Below, piece by piece: positions 22,322-36,269 of a DNA stretch of 64,000 nucleotides (within the stretch, counting starts at the first letter, position 1; each line of letters opens with the position of its first letter). Position numbers and translations under genes: made by a program. Below the pieces are notes generated by a model. It saw nothing but the letters and a program-made list of their open reading frames with translations, ran no database searches and had not been told where the DNA came from. Origin of the DNA: Bugula neritina (taxonomy: Eukaryota; Animalia; Bryozoa); NCBI GenBank assembly GCA_964035545.1, contig OZ037767.1:19298628-19362627 (forward strand), given 5' to 3'.

Positions 22322-25300
22322 ATGGATGCGTCCATTGAACAAACCAGAAAACGAAGACATGATGAAGATAGTGATTTTTCAGGTTCTAAATTTACAGATT
22401 CCAACAGGGATGGGCTTGGAGTGAGTATCAATATTCTTATGATTATTGCTATTCAATTTGTTATAAGTATCAATCACTGATATACTTATGATAATTTTGC
22501 AAAGAAATCAATTTTTCAACCTGTTTAAAAACTTAGTTTATGATGTTGTAGGCTGAAAAATCTAGAAGAGGGTCTAACTTTGTCGACTCGCATGATACTA
22601 GTGATGGGGCAGTTAATGCTACTGACAATTCTATCACTTTGATATTCTCCGTGGCAGAAGGTGTCGGAGCTTTAGCTCAGTGTCTCAAGATATTCAAGGT
22701 TGGTAAGATGAAATTAATGAAGTATGTGAAGTTATAGTATGAGTCACTGAATAACTAATTGATGAGTCCTTGAATCTGAAGACGAATGAGTTATTGAAGG
22801 AGTCAGTGTAGTAAATGCTTGAAAATAATCTAGTTAGTATGTTAAGCTGTAAGAAGTTAATAATTCAAGCAGACTCCTGGACTAGACAAATTAAATTAGA
22901 TAACCAAGTAGGTAGATGAGTGTAATTGTGTGAATTTTCTCACTGACATACTAAGTCTATGGAATGCTGTATATTATTTTTATGTGTAGCTTTCTCTAGC
23001 TATTACTCCTAGATTTATGAATTAGACCAATATCATTTAAACAAGTGTGTTTTGTTAAGGCAAGAGAATAAGCGTGCTCATTTTTCACCCACATCTGTAT
23101 GTACTAAAATACATAATAATTTTGCACATTTGTGTAGTTGATAATAATGACATGATGCTGTATTTTACACATATAGAACAACAGCATCAATCTGAGTCAT
23201 ATAGAATCTCGACCAGGCACCCTGGACAGTAACAAATATGAGTTTCTTGTGGAGATTAAAGATGCTGTGAGTAAAGAGAAGATGAAATCTGCAGCAGATT
23301 CATTGCGTCAGCTAGACTCAGTTGTTGATCTGCATATTTTGACTCGAGACGGAACCCGTACTATATCTTCTGACTCAGCAATGGAAGGTATCAGTTGGCT
23401 AGTCTAAAGGTGTCAGTCTATAGGTTGACTAGATGTCAGTCTGTATGTTGACTAGTCTAAAGGTTTCAGTCTATATGGTGATTTGTCTAGTATGGTCTAT
23501 TTAAAATAGTCTAATTATTTCAAGTCCTGTGATAAATTCAGCAAAATTCAAGTACATTTTGCTTTTATATTATTTGTGCTCTGGTGATTATGGTAACATG
23601 CTGTTAGCTAAACTTGCATATATATCATTATAATGTTGGGCAAACTGCCAACAATATGTCACATACAGAATAATTACCTGTGTTGAATATGGAGCGCACT
23701 GATATAATATATGCTATTTTGTTGAAATGACAAAAGAGATTCAACGTTGCGATACAACCAGCACACTACTTTATTGCAGGTTTCAGTGGGAAAGGTAATG
23801 GTGTGTCTCACATGTTTGTCGTGAATCTGTGCCCAACTCATATGCTTTGAGTTTCATCAATATTTTTGTATATATTATTGTATTGTTAATCTTCCATCAT
23901 CTTCAAGTATGTTTTTTTGCAAGCTGTTCTAGACTCTAGAGTGTTATTCATATAATATGCTTTGATGTAGTACTGTGTTGTTTATACAATGGTTTTAACT
24001 GTAGCAACTGTACTTAAATACTCTACAGTTACTGGCAGCACAACCCGGTGTGTTTTATATACGGTGTGCGTGTGTTGCGCTTTATTTACTTCAAACTTTT
24101 TCTCTCTCTTGACTAGTTCCGTGGTTTCCCAGGAGAATCAGGGACTTGGACAGATTTGCTAACCACATACTGAGTTATGGCTCAGAGTTAGATAGTGACC
24201 ACCCTGTAAGTATAATTTATTTTGTGCATTATTGTAACGTCTAAGACTTTACTAAATTATGGGGCGTCCTGTTTGTGCACCACCTTTTTATGGCTAGCTG
24301 TTATGCAATTATAGTATTTCTATCAGGAATATTTACACGTATTATAACTATATTTTACTGTATCTCACTTTGGTTTGATGTGCATTTCCTGTTTTGTGTG
24401 GAGATATATCTACATTGCAAAAGTATGTTTTCTCAATGCAAATGTGAAATTTTGTCATTCAGGGATTCACTGATGAAGTCTATAGGAAAAGACGTAAAGA
24501 GTTTGCAGATATTGCATTTCATTACAAACAGTGAGTTGCTAGGGTTATCTTCTCATTGTTTACTCTCATTTTTGATCACACAACTCCTCAATACCGAAGC
24601 TATTGATAATTTTCCCCACATTCTCGCATGGTTATGCTAATTTACTCACAAACACTTATGTTGATAATTGATATGCATGTTAGTTAGCATATAGCATGTT
24701 GATGTGCATGTAAGTTAGCATGTCGTATGTTGATATGTAAATAGACATTTAGCTATTTGATAAGCAATTTCAGCAGCTTCTTAAGTGATATTTCACTGGA
24801 CATGCTTGTAGTGGCACTTCAATACCTCATGTGGAATACACCGAACAGGAAACAGCTACCTGGGGAACAATCTTTGACAAACTTACGCAACTCTACCCAA
24901 CCCATGCCTGCGCTGAGTTCAACCACGTCTTTCCTCTTCTTAAGCAGAACTGTAACTACAGAAGAGACAATATTCCACAGCTACAGGATATATCGGACTT
25001 TCTCAAAGGTGTGTAAACATGTATGGGATATGTGAAGATGTGGGTATGTCTAACAGGGTTGGGGTAATGGTAATTGTAATTGGTTGTAATTAATTACATT
25101 TTTTCAAGTAATTGAATGTAATTTGTAATTGATGTATAAAAATGTAATTGTAATTGTAATTAATTACATATCTAATGTAATTGATTTTTACAATTACCTT
25201 ATAATTACATGTCAATTACTTCAAACTTTGAAATCCTAAAAGTTTCATACTTTTCCTACCATGCCTACTGTTAAATAACAAATTCAGATTAATTGTCAAT

Positions 25301-28300
25301 GTGGTACAGTATCACTGTTGAGTACAAAGGAGGTTCAGCACTGTCAAAATTGCCCCTGCTAGTTGGACCCTAGAAGTGAAATTGCATAACTTCTATTTAT
25401 CTCTTGCGAGAACAAAAGTAATTGTAATTGTAATTAATTACATTGCCATGTAATTGTAATTGTAATTAATTACATTACTATTTGACTGTAGTTATAATTG
25501 TAATTGTAATTGACAAATTATCATGTAATTGTAATTGTAATTAATTACATTCTCATGTAATTGACCCCAACCCTGATGTCTAAACCTGCGGAATATATGT
25601 GAAGATGTGGGTATATATAAATCTGTGAGGTATATGTGTAAATGTGTGAGATATGTGCAAATCCGTGGAATATTTATAAATGTATGGGTATATAATATAA
25701 AGGTCTAGGTACCTATATAAATTCATAGGATATATAGATACATAGGGATATATAGTATAAACAGAGGAAAATTTGTTGGTGCTAGTTTGCTTGCTAGTTT
25801 TGCTTCTTCCTCCCCTCCCCTCTCCCCAAAAAGGAGAAGGGGTGATGACTATTATGTAATGATGTTCTTCTGTTATTGCAGATTGCACTGGATTTACTTT
25901 GAGACCAGTGGCTGGTTTACTGTCTTCTAGGGATTTTCTGGCGGGTCTGGCATTTAGGGTATTTCACTCAACACAGTATATCAGGCATAGTTCTAAACCT
26001 CTCTATACCCCTGAACCGTAAGTGCTGTTTTATCATTTATTCGTATGGTGTAACTGAGAGAAATCAATGCTTTGTTTTAAAAAATTTTTTATCTAGTGCT
26101 AAACACTAACATCATGTGAAAATTGTATCTGGATTTATGTGTTGGCTCTAACATGTAGCTGTTGTAAGCAGCCATGGTCTAAGGGTTAGAGCCCTGGCTA
26201 GGTAAACACAAGGTCATTGGTTTGAACCCCAGTAAAGGCCATTGGTGATGTGTTAGAAAGGGCATCCAATCATAGTTGCTCCTGCGCCACATAGGTGAAT
26301 AAGTCTTTAGCCTGCTTTAACAAAGCCCTTTCCATTAGGGTTTCTCACAAGAATAGTTAAACTATAAACTTGTGTGAGCTTTTTATATCATGTAGCGTTT
26401 ATCTTTGGCTATGCCTTCATTGTTGGACATCATTGTATTATATAATCAATATAAAGCATGTAACTGGTAGACGTCATTGTAATATATCATCAGTATAAAG
26501 CATGTAACTGGTAGACATCGTTGTATTCTAGAGATGTATGTCATGAACTGCTGGGCCATGTACCACTGTTTGCTGACCCCAGCTTTGCTCAGTTTTCTCA
26601 GGAAATTGGTCTAGTAAGCTTGGGGGCGTCTGATGACTTCATTGCAAAACTGGCAACTGTAAGTTTTTGGAACTCATTTATACTGAGTGTTTGTATAGTA
26701 TATTACTTGGTGTTAGTACAGTATTACTTGGTGTTAGTACAGTATTACTTAGTGTTAGTACAGTATTACTTGGTGTTAGTACAGTACTACTTGGTGTTAG
26801 TACAGCATATTACTTGGTGTTAGTACAGTATTACTTGATAGTAGTACAGTACTACTTGGTGTTGGTACAGTATTACTTGACATTAGCACAGTATATTACT
26901 TGGTGTTAATACAGTACTACTTGGTGTTAATGCAGTACTACTTGGTGTTAGTGCAGTATTACTTGGTGTTAGTACAGTGCTACTTGGTGTTAGTACAGTA
27001 TATTACTTGGTGTTAGTACAGTATATTACTTAGTGTTAGTACAGTACTACTTGGTGTTGGTACAGTATTACTTGATATTAGCGCAGTACTACTTGGTGTT
27101 GGTACAGTACTATTTAGTGTTAGTACAGTATTACTTGACATTAGCACAGTATATTACTTGGTGTTAGTGCAGTACTACTTAATATTAGCACAGTATATTA
27201 CTTGGTGTTGAAGCTCTACTGGTTCACTGTTGAGTTTGGGCTCTGTCGGCAAAATGGGAAGCTGAAGGCATTTGGTGCTGGACTGTTATCATCCTTTGGA
27301 GAACTCGAGGTAATTTAAGTGCAACTTTGGTTATTTTTTAGGATATGGTTATTATTTGTCACGTTTTGGCAAATGTATTTATACGTTTGGTAGTAGTAAA
27401 TGAGTGTATTGCGTACATTTCCATTGGTTGGCATTGTCAACTTATGTAAGCATTTATCTGCTCATAAATAAATTTCTAGAATTTTGATATTTATACATTT
27501 TGGTAATGCAAGTAATTGTAAGAAAGGGACATAATTAAACGTTTTATATTGTTATATAACAAATAAACTATATATATTTATAATCAACTGGTTATAACTG
27601 TAAGCTGCCAAACATTGTTATACCTGATGTCATACCTTATGATATACTCAACGTTGTACCTAATTTTCTAATGGTTCTTATTTTAGTACTGCTTATCTGA
27701 CAAACCGACAGTTAAAGATTTTGAGCCGCAGAAGGTTTGCGTGCAGACGTACCCAATCACGGAGTACCAGCCTATTTACTTTGCCGCTAATAGTTTTGAA
27801 GAGGCTAAAATTAAGCTAAGGTATGTGCATTAGATATTTCTCCAGTCTTGTCACATTTTACTCTACACGAAGAGACTTGATTATTGAGCTAGAGAGAAAG
27901 TTGAGGGAAAACACTGTGGAGCTTCAGTTATTCTGCGTTTAATGGAGATGCAGTAGGTTACAAAATATCTGAGTTACATAACAGTCTTAGCAATTTTTTG
28001 GTAAAACTACAAACCAAGTATTGGGTGACAATAGATAGCTTTCACTAGTTCTTATTCCCAAAATTTACTTGGAATTGTCTTTATTTCAGTGAGAAGGTGT
28101 AGAAAACCATAAAATTATATATTTTAACGTATCTAAAATATAGTTGATACAACTAAACATGAATTTGAGCTCATAAGAAATCATGAATAGCTAGTGTGTT
28201 TGAAAATCTATGCCAAGAAGTTTACAAGATTGTTGTTCAGAAGCTATCATTTCTATTAAATCCTTTTAATAACAATTTTGAAACATTGCCTTGTCTTTCT

Positions 28301-29294
28301 TTCTTGGGGATTAACATTTTTTGTGATATAATATAATGCTAACACTATGAACGGATTTATGTTTATAACTAGTCAACTACTGTGTTGTAGATCTGTTTTG
28401 TCTCTGTTTTGAAAAAACCTGGCATAGTTATTTAGTGTAGCATTTTTAATGCGTTTAATGTAGAAGTCAGAGTTGGGGTCAATTACATGTGAATGTAATT
28501 AAAAACAATTACAATTACATGATAATTTGCCAATTACAATTACAATTACTTTTGTTCTCGCAAGAAATAAATAGAAGTTATGCAATTTCACTTCTAGGGT
28601 CCAACTAGCAGGGGCAATTTTGACAGTGCTGAACCTCCTTTGTACTCAACAGTGATACTATACCACATTGACAATTAATCTGAATTTGTTATTTAACAGT
28701 AGGCATGGTAGGAAAAGTATGAAACTTTTAGGATTTCAAAGTTTGAAGTAATTGACATGTAATTATAAAGTAATTGTAAAAATCAATTACATTAGATATG
28801 TAATTAATTACAATTACAATTACATTTTTATACATCAATTACAAATTACATTCAATTACTTGAAAAAATGTAATTAATTACAACCAATTACAATTACAAA
28901 TTACAATTACCCCAACCCTGGTAGAAGTTATGAAATAACTGGAAATGTTGTGTTCGTAGAGAGTGGAGTAATACTATTCCAAGGCCATTTGAAGTTCGGT
29001 ATAATGCGTATACTCAATCAGTTGAAGTTCTTCAAAACACGAATCAGGTGATCAACTTGATCAAGGACATCAGGGGTGAGTTTTATCATAGTTCTACTTA
29101 TTTATTTTTCTGCTCGTAAAAATTTGATCTAAAGTTTGCTTTATAAAATGATATTTTGTGTGCTGCTCTTACTGGTGAACATAATATGAGAAGACAACTC
29201 CGTGTTTCACACTCTTGTATACAGTAATGTAATCCTGTCTGGTTTTGTAGGAGATATGGACTTACTTCACAGCTCCTTATCTAAACTATCCTAA
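22322..29294 (+). CDS. PAH: Phenylalanine-4-hydroxylase, 12 coding exons
   Basis: ACT domain (GAL, HIESRP), [64 protein letters not shown] and YPITEYQP. The Trp and Ile at the specificity positions favour PAH over TPH or TH. Exon lengths are 89, 68, 197, 136, 127, 96, 134, 116 and 44. Confidence 0.93.
25054..25575 (+). mobile_element. hAT-type MITE, copy 1 (522 bp)
   Basis: TIR CAGGGTTGGGGT/ACCCCAACCCTG, 8-bp TSD ATGTCTAA (25046-25053, 25576-25583) and subterminal GTAATT repeats. Confidence 0.93.
26168..26360 (+). mobile_element. tRNA-headed SINE relic
   Basis: ATGGTCTAAGGGTTAGAG (A-box-like) and GGTTTGAACCCC (B-box-like), followed by a non-tRNA body. The 3' end is approximate. Confidence 0.55.
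26698..27208. repeat. 21/23-bp minisatellite filling a PAH intron up to the acceptor
   Basis: Unit CAGTATTACTTGGTGTTAGTA. The intron is 26659-27213. Confidence 0.95.
28468..28920 (-). mobile_element. hAT-type MITE, copy 2 (453 bp), inverted relative to copy 1
   Basis: Near-exact reverse complement of the copy 1 core, with its own 8-bp TSD GTAGAAGT (28460-28467, 28921-28928). Confidence 0.93.
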
Positions 29295-30448
29295 TAAACC
29301 AATAAGGTTTATTGCTTTACGACTAAGGTCACACTTGTGCATGCATACTACTACTACATACTACCTTACACTGATACAATTCTCCTTGTTTTGATTTTTA
29401 GTTGTTTTAGTGAGATGAACTAAATATGCAAACCACTTCGTTCCTTTTTACTTTAAATTAAAGTTGATTTCTCATCATTTCAGAATTTAATTTATCAATA
29501 AATAACCAACAATGAAGGACAATACTTGGATAGTTAGATTATAATGAAGCTATTTTAATAAATTTTAAAGGTCTTTGGTTGTCTGATCATAGATGTCTCA
29601 ATGAATTGACCTCATTTCAAAATTAACATTCTGGTGTTGTTTGCATAACTGAATTTCTACTCTTATATATATTCAATATTTTTGTCTTTTATTTTCGAGA
29701 GTTGTTAGCTCAACTTTTTACTAACCGCACAATCTCATACACAATGTGTTTTACTTTATTGGAATGTATTAATCTACTAGCATTATTCCAATGCTAACAT
29801 ACATTGAGTTTATTTTTACAGTATGATTTTTATTGTCATTATATATAAGGTGGTGGCTAAATGACGTGTATCTTGGCATACTAGAGATAATCAACTAACA
29901 GGCATTGGTAATTTGGTAATTGAATATATAAAATATATTTTTATTCTGAATTTCATAGAAATGGTGTAGATTTGTATTCATGCAGGCCAAGATGGAGAAT
30001 AACTTTATTATAATATACAATAAGGTTTTGACTAGAGAAACGATTTAAGAATTCAACAGAATCATTCTTATTTCTATATACAACTACTAGTGTTGGCACA
30101 TGCCATCAATTCTAAAAATTAATTTCGTAGATCTTGCAAAGCATTCAACCTGAGAAATAAAATATTATTTGGCCTTATCTACATCAAGTTGATTCACTAT
30201 TTCAACACTTCAAATGATCCACTGCTTTAGAGATTATTTAGTGGAGTAGCAATGAAAAATGATAACAGTTTACTTTCATAGTAAAAATAAATCCTATCAG
30301 TAAAACAACAAAATTCATAGTACTAAAATATATAACAGAATATCTTCACAAGGAATGTAAATAGAACATACAGAAGCGTTTGCTTAGAGATTACCAGCGT
30401 ACAACAGTACAAATAATATAAGAAAGTGGTAGAACATGTCTAGCAGAC

Positions 30449-33400
30449 TCAGTCACTGTCGGCGTCCAGGTTCCCCATGAAGTTTACACTGTAGTCTATT
30501 TTCTCATCTTTGTTTCTCCCGTATAAAACATCAGAGTCTGATTCATCGTCTGATTCGTTGAGCATACTCACTGCTGGATTGTCAGGAAACCGTGACTCTA
30601 CAAGAGGCACAACTGATGTCAAGGTCACCACAAATAGAGCTTAGGCTATCACTTTCCGCAACAAGTAGCCGTCACAAATAGTATGAGGTGAACTACCCAA
30701 ATACAATAACACTAGAGGGAACACTATTTAAAAATACCATAGTTAGTTTGTAGCTATAGCCAAGTATGACAAAAGGCATTCCACAGGTCAGCATACAGAT
30801 ATACAGAAAGCTCATCAAATACACAACATGCTGCCAAAGGCTGCCGGATGTTTACCTGAAAGTGCATTTTTACTGGGAGAGTACACGTACGCCATAGCGT
30901 AGAGGGAAAAGTTCATCAAACCATACAGAGATAAAAACTCCGCAGCACTCCCATAACGGGTAGATATTTCCGAGACAAAACTTTCATCCAAAATTTGAGT
31001 GCCAAACCTAAGTATTAAAATAGCGAGACTAACTGAGAAGATAACTACCATATAGACAGCAGCAAACCTCAGCCTCAGACCTAAAAGAGATACAATAACA
31101 TAGCAATAGCAACCTACACTCTACAGCATGGAGAAATGTTTGACAAATAATTCAGTATTAAATAACAATTTATTACGGTTTTAGACAATAAGCACATCAC
31201 AGATGCCACTTTAATCTCACTATTCACCACCATCTTACCATATTATATGTATAGCTTGTTTTTACAGCTAATAATTTAATTTAGTATTAGCATAATGTTA
31301 CTTTACACAATAGCCCTAAAATAGTTATTAATTTGAGAAATTCAGTCTACACTTTGCATTGAGTTTAAAATTAATTCACCAATCAATATGGGACTCAACT
31401 TGACACACCTATTACAAGATACAACAGTGTGTAGTATGCTTACAGACAGCGTTGTCAAGTTATTCAGGTGAAGGATAGCGTAGATTATAACCAGAATGAT
31501 GTATGACTCACCAAAATATGCCACATTCCTCAGTTCAATGAACGCAGTGATGAACAGATAGCATAGGAAGAGTGTGTAAAGCCCTGCCAGGACAAACAGC
31601 ACGACCTTTAACCCCTGTCAGATAGCAAACCATAACTATATCCACATCCTTCTTATAACAAAACAAACATACGGCATGCTTCCCCTCTCCATTCTCCCCT
31701 CATTATTGGCTCTAGCATTAGCTTTTTGTTGGAAAATGTTGTGAAAAAGAGATTATCTCTCCATACAACCAGAGTAGAAGCATATTGAGAAGTATTACAT
31801 CTTACTAACATACAATTGGTCTGTATCATAGCGAAGCTCACCATGAAATTGACAGTGTCCACTCGGTAGTTGTAGGTAGGGTCAGTTCGCTCATTCACTG
31901 CTTGCCATGTGGACAGCACGACAGCGATCAGCCAGATTAGACACACCAGCAGTATCTTTGGCAGGTAAAACCTAACAAAGCTGCGTTTAACCTGCAATAA
32001 AGGAAAAAGTTGATAAATAAAATACACTAATATATTTACTCCCTAATACTGTGATATATACAGAGATATTCGACTTACTTCTCTAATACTGTGGTATATA
32101 CAGATAACATATTTACTCCCTAATACTGTGATATATACAGAGATAATAGACTTACTTCTCTAATACTGTGGTATATACAGATAACATACTTACTTCTCTA
32201 ATACTGTGATACATACAGAGATATTCGACATACTTCTCTAATACTGTGATATATACAGAGATAATATACTTACTTCTCTAATACTGTGATATATACAGAG
32301 ATATTATACTTACTTCTCTAATACTGTGATATATACAGATAATAGACTTACTTCTCTTATACTGTGATATATACAGAGATAATATACTTACTTCTCTAAT
32401 ACTGTGATATATACAGAGATATTCGACTTACTTCTCTAATACTGTGGTATATACAGATAACATATTTACTCCCTAATACTGTGATATATACAGAGATAAT
32501 AGACTTACTTCTCTAATACTGTGGTATATACAGATAACATACTTACTTCTCTAATACTGTGATACATACAGAGATATTCGACATACTTCTCTAATACTGT
32601 GATATATACAGAGATAATATACTTACTTCTCTAATACTGTGATATATACAGAGATATTATACTTACTTCTCTAATACTGTGATATATACAGATAATAGAC
32701 TTACTTCTCTTATACTGTGATATATACAGAGATAATAGACTTACTTCTCTAATACTGTGATATATACAGAGATAATAGACTTACTTCTCTAATGCTGTGA
32801 AATATACAGAGATATTATACTTACTTCTCTAATACTGTGATATATACAGATAATAGACTTACTTCTCTTATACTGTGATATATACAGATAATAGACTTAC
32901 TTCTCTTATACTGTGATATATACAGAGATAATAGAGCAACAGAGTAGCAAGAAACGTTGCTTGGAAAATTCCATCGACCATAAATGGAGCGAAACTGGCA
33001 ACAATAAATGCCAGAGGAAACAGGGGATCTACAATAAGACAATGAAATTATAGCCAATCAGAGATCACAGATAATTTGAGTGCTACTATGATAGAATACA
33101 GAGACAACTGTGCGAGTATAGACACAAATCAGCTTAAAGATAGAATGATTGATGCAAAAAATACAGCTAGTCTGTAGTGAATGTTGCATGTTACATTCAA
33201 TAGAAGAATAGACATATGTTTTTCCCTCTTGTATATAGAAGTAATACAGGAGAACAACACTTACACACTTACTATTATATAGAAGTAATACAGGAGAACA
33301 ACACTTACACACTTACTATTATATAGAAGTAATACAGGAGAATAACACTTACACATCTACTATTATATAGAAGTAATACAGGAGAATAACATTTACACAC

Positions 33401-35595
33401 TTACTATTATATAGAAGTAATAAAGGAGAGCAACACTTACACACTTACTATTATATAGAAGTAATACAGGAGAACAACACTTACACACTTACTATTATAT
33501 AGAAGTAATAAAGGAAGGAGGATCATGACCCACTTTTGTTCGATTGACCAATCATCCCAGTGATAAGGTTTTAGACTCCTCGTGTACCATATCTACAGAA
33601 CAGACGCTGTCATTCTATGCCAACAGCTTTAATTCAAATATACAACAGGAGAAAATCCATAACCTAAACTGTAAAAAACAATGAATGGATAAACTACAGC
33701 AGCAAATTGGAACCTGCAGTAACTAAGCATAAACTGCAGTAACTAAGTATAAACTGCAGTAAATAAGTATAAACTGCAGTTACTAAATATAAACTGCAGT
33801 AACTAAGTATAAACTACAGTAAATAAGTATAAACTACAGTAAATAAGTATAAACTGCAGTAAATATAACCTGGAGAAAATAGGTATAACCTGCAGAAAAT
33901 AAGTATAACCTGCAGTAAATAAGTATAACCTGCAGTGACTAAGTATAGTCTGCAGTAACTGCAGCTCAATAGACACTATTACTCACCGTAAATATAAAAG
34001 TCAAGGCCAGGAATACAGTTCTAAACCAGATCTCCACCTGTGTGAATGCAGACTTGTATGTCTTGAACTGAAAAACAAACACATCTTACGGCCTACACAC
34101 CAGTAACACCACACCTGTAGCCTATTGCTAATATACAGCACTGCTAAAGCAATAATAGTTTCAGGAATTCACAAAGTTAACAGGTTATTCTGAATGTTTT
34201 CTACTGAACAGGTATTTTGATTGCACAGTAGCAATACCTCAAGTGTAATAGACTCAAATAACTTGGTAACTTCCTCTGTGTTATCTAGCTTCACGGTGAC
34301 TTTATACTCCGAGTGGTTGATATAGCCCAGGTGTAATAACAGCAGAGAGTCGCACTTCTGCTCGAATACATGCCAAAAGGTGTAATAACTGAAGACTTAA
34401 CAGCGCATAGCAAAGCATTGGTAACTGCAAAAACTAATTGATTGGCCGAAAGTGGCTGCCATGTTCTATGGTTAGCTCAGATGTACAGTTGGAAGAGAAG
34501 TCTTAAAGTCAGCACAGTTGTGAAGGAGATGACAAGGGATTCAACAGTCTCTAATATACTAACCTCACTAGTGCACGTCAGCTGTCTGCGGTGACTCAAT
34601 GGTGGACCTGACAGCTCTGAATGCTCGTGACCTTCGCTGTCGACATGAAAGAAGTTGATCTGAGGAGTGACAGCAATATCCACAGTATCATTAGAGTCCT
34701 GGTTGGCCAACACGGGAGTAGCCAGTAGCCACAACTGTTGGTTGAGAGGAGTTAAGATGGGGGAGGTGTTCACAGACAGAACTAGGGACTGTAGAAAGAT
34801 ATTGAAACAGTCACTGAGCAGCAGTTTGTAATCAGAATGGAAAAAAACCTGAGAAGTTTGGTTAAAATTAAATAGTAGTATGGAAGTTACAAACCCCTCA
34901 CCCCGTACTCATTCTTTATCAGCTTAACATTGTGACTATCAGTGTATATGACATCAGGAGCTAAAGAAACAAACAAAATATCTATATTGCATATTTGAGT
35001 TACCTAGAGTAATATAGATGCAATATATAAACATTGCATACACACACACACGCACACACACGCGAGCGCTCACGCACACATTGTTCTAATTATTTTAAAT
35101 AAGTAATTATATGAACACTAAGCACATCTAAAAACCGCTAAATAACCAGTACCAATCACAATTATACAATTTATTTCACCAACTGCGTTTGATTACTATA
35201 CTTTAAAAAAAGTAGTGGTGAGGTACAGTGCATTGCCACATTATTGATTACTCAATAATACCTACACATTAATATGGCTACTCAGACAAACCTGCTAGTC
35301 CAGCCGTCACAGAAATTAAGAAGAAGGATATGAACACGACAAAAACTATGGCCAACCTTCTCTTTGTTAAAGTGTAAAGTTTCATCTGCACCCCTCTAGA
35401 ATATATTATCAGCATTTAATAACACAATATTATATGCACAATATTAAAACTAAAGATATAAATAGAAGAGTGCATTTTTCATAACATCTAAAGCAAATTA
35501 CTAGTTCATAAAAAAAGCTTATGAGACGTTAAGCTCAAAAACCAGAAATATTTATCAAATACACCCGTAACTCACGCTTCGATCTCCCTGGGCAT
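30449..35595 (-). CDS. TMEM181: Transmembrane protein 181 (Wntless-related), multi-exon
   Basis: MKLYTLTKRRLAIVFVVF, WSIEQKWVMILLPLLLLYN, LCIYHSIR, FYLPK, AEFLSLYGLMNF.LY..AYVYSPSKNAL, DNPAVSMLNESDDE and a C-terminal DSD. The ATG at 35595 is inferred from an in-phase short first exon. Confidence 0.9.
32030..32933. repeat. 38-40-bp tandem array (about 23 units) derived from a TMEM181 exon end plus donor site
   Basis: The minus-strand unit is CTATTATCTCTGTATATATCACAGTATTAGAGAA|GTAAGT. The true exon ends at 32901. Confidence 0.95.
33232..33512. repeat. 44-bp tandem array (about 6 units) derived from a TMEM181 exon end plus donor site
   Basis: The minus-strand unit is TATTACTTCTATATAATA|GTAAGTGTGTAAGTGTTGTTCTCCTG. 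The true exon ends at 33493. Confidence 0.93.
33712..33965. repeat. 20-bp intronic minisatellite
   Basis: Unit AAACTGCAGTAACTAAGTAT, about 12 copies. Confidence 0.92.
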
Positions 35596-36269
35596 GATTA
35601 TCTATTTACTTTGAAGCTTGCAGTAAATCACAATCTAGATTTCAGTTCTACAAAAAGACATTAGTAGCAGTTTACTGAAAACAATAAAAGCTGAGCCTCT
35701 GTAAATTTTTGAACTTGAAATGTTGATCAAGCAGTATATATATGGTTTTGCTTGAAGAGCTCATTGGGCCCAATAGATGGAAAAAGTTTAAAAACACTAT
35801 ACCCACCTAATATTGTACTACTTATACTTATAGTAACTTATTATATTGTACTACTTATACTTATAGTAACTTATTATATTGCACTACTTATACATATGTT
35901 AGCCAAAGATTGAGATTTGAATAGTTGACTGTCTTTATCACTAGTATTATATTTATTACTATTTTAGTAACATTTCGTTAATTATAATTACATACAATTT
36001 ACCAATAGTGGGATAACTTCCTATTACAACTTTCAGCTTTATATTGATCTTCATTTTCATTTTAAGTACTTGGTATGACTATGAGAGTTACAAAGAAAAA
36101 TTACATTAATTTGAATAGATATTATAGTTCACTTAATAGTCAGCATGGGGAAACTTGAAAACTAAAATTAGACAATTTTTATTTGTTTCTGGTATGTATT
36201 GAAGATAGAATGTGATAAATTGTGATGGTTTTACACAGCAGTCTGCCTGGATGTCAAATATCAAACTCA

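Noticed and set aside
26698-27208. Regular repeats resembling a CRISPR array (also 32030-32933)
   Set aside because: The units are contiguous with no unique spacers, the context is a eukaryotic intron, and there are no cas genes.
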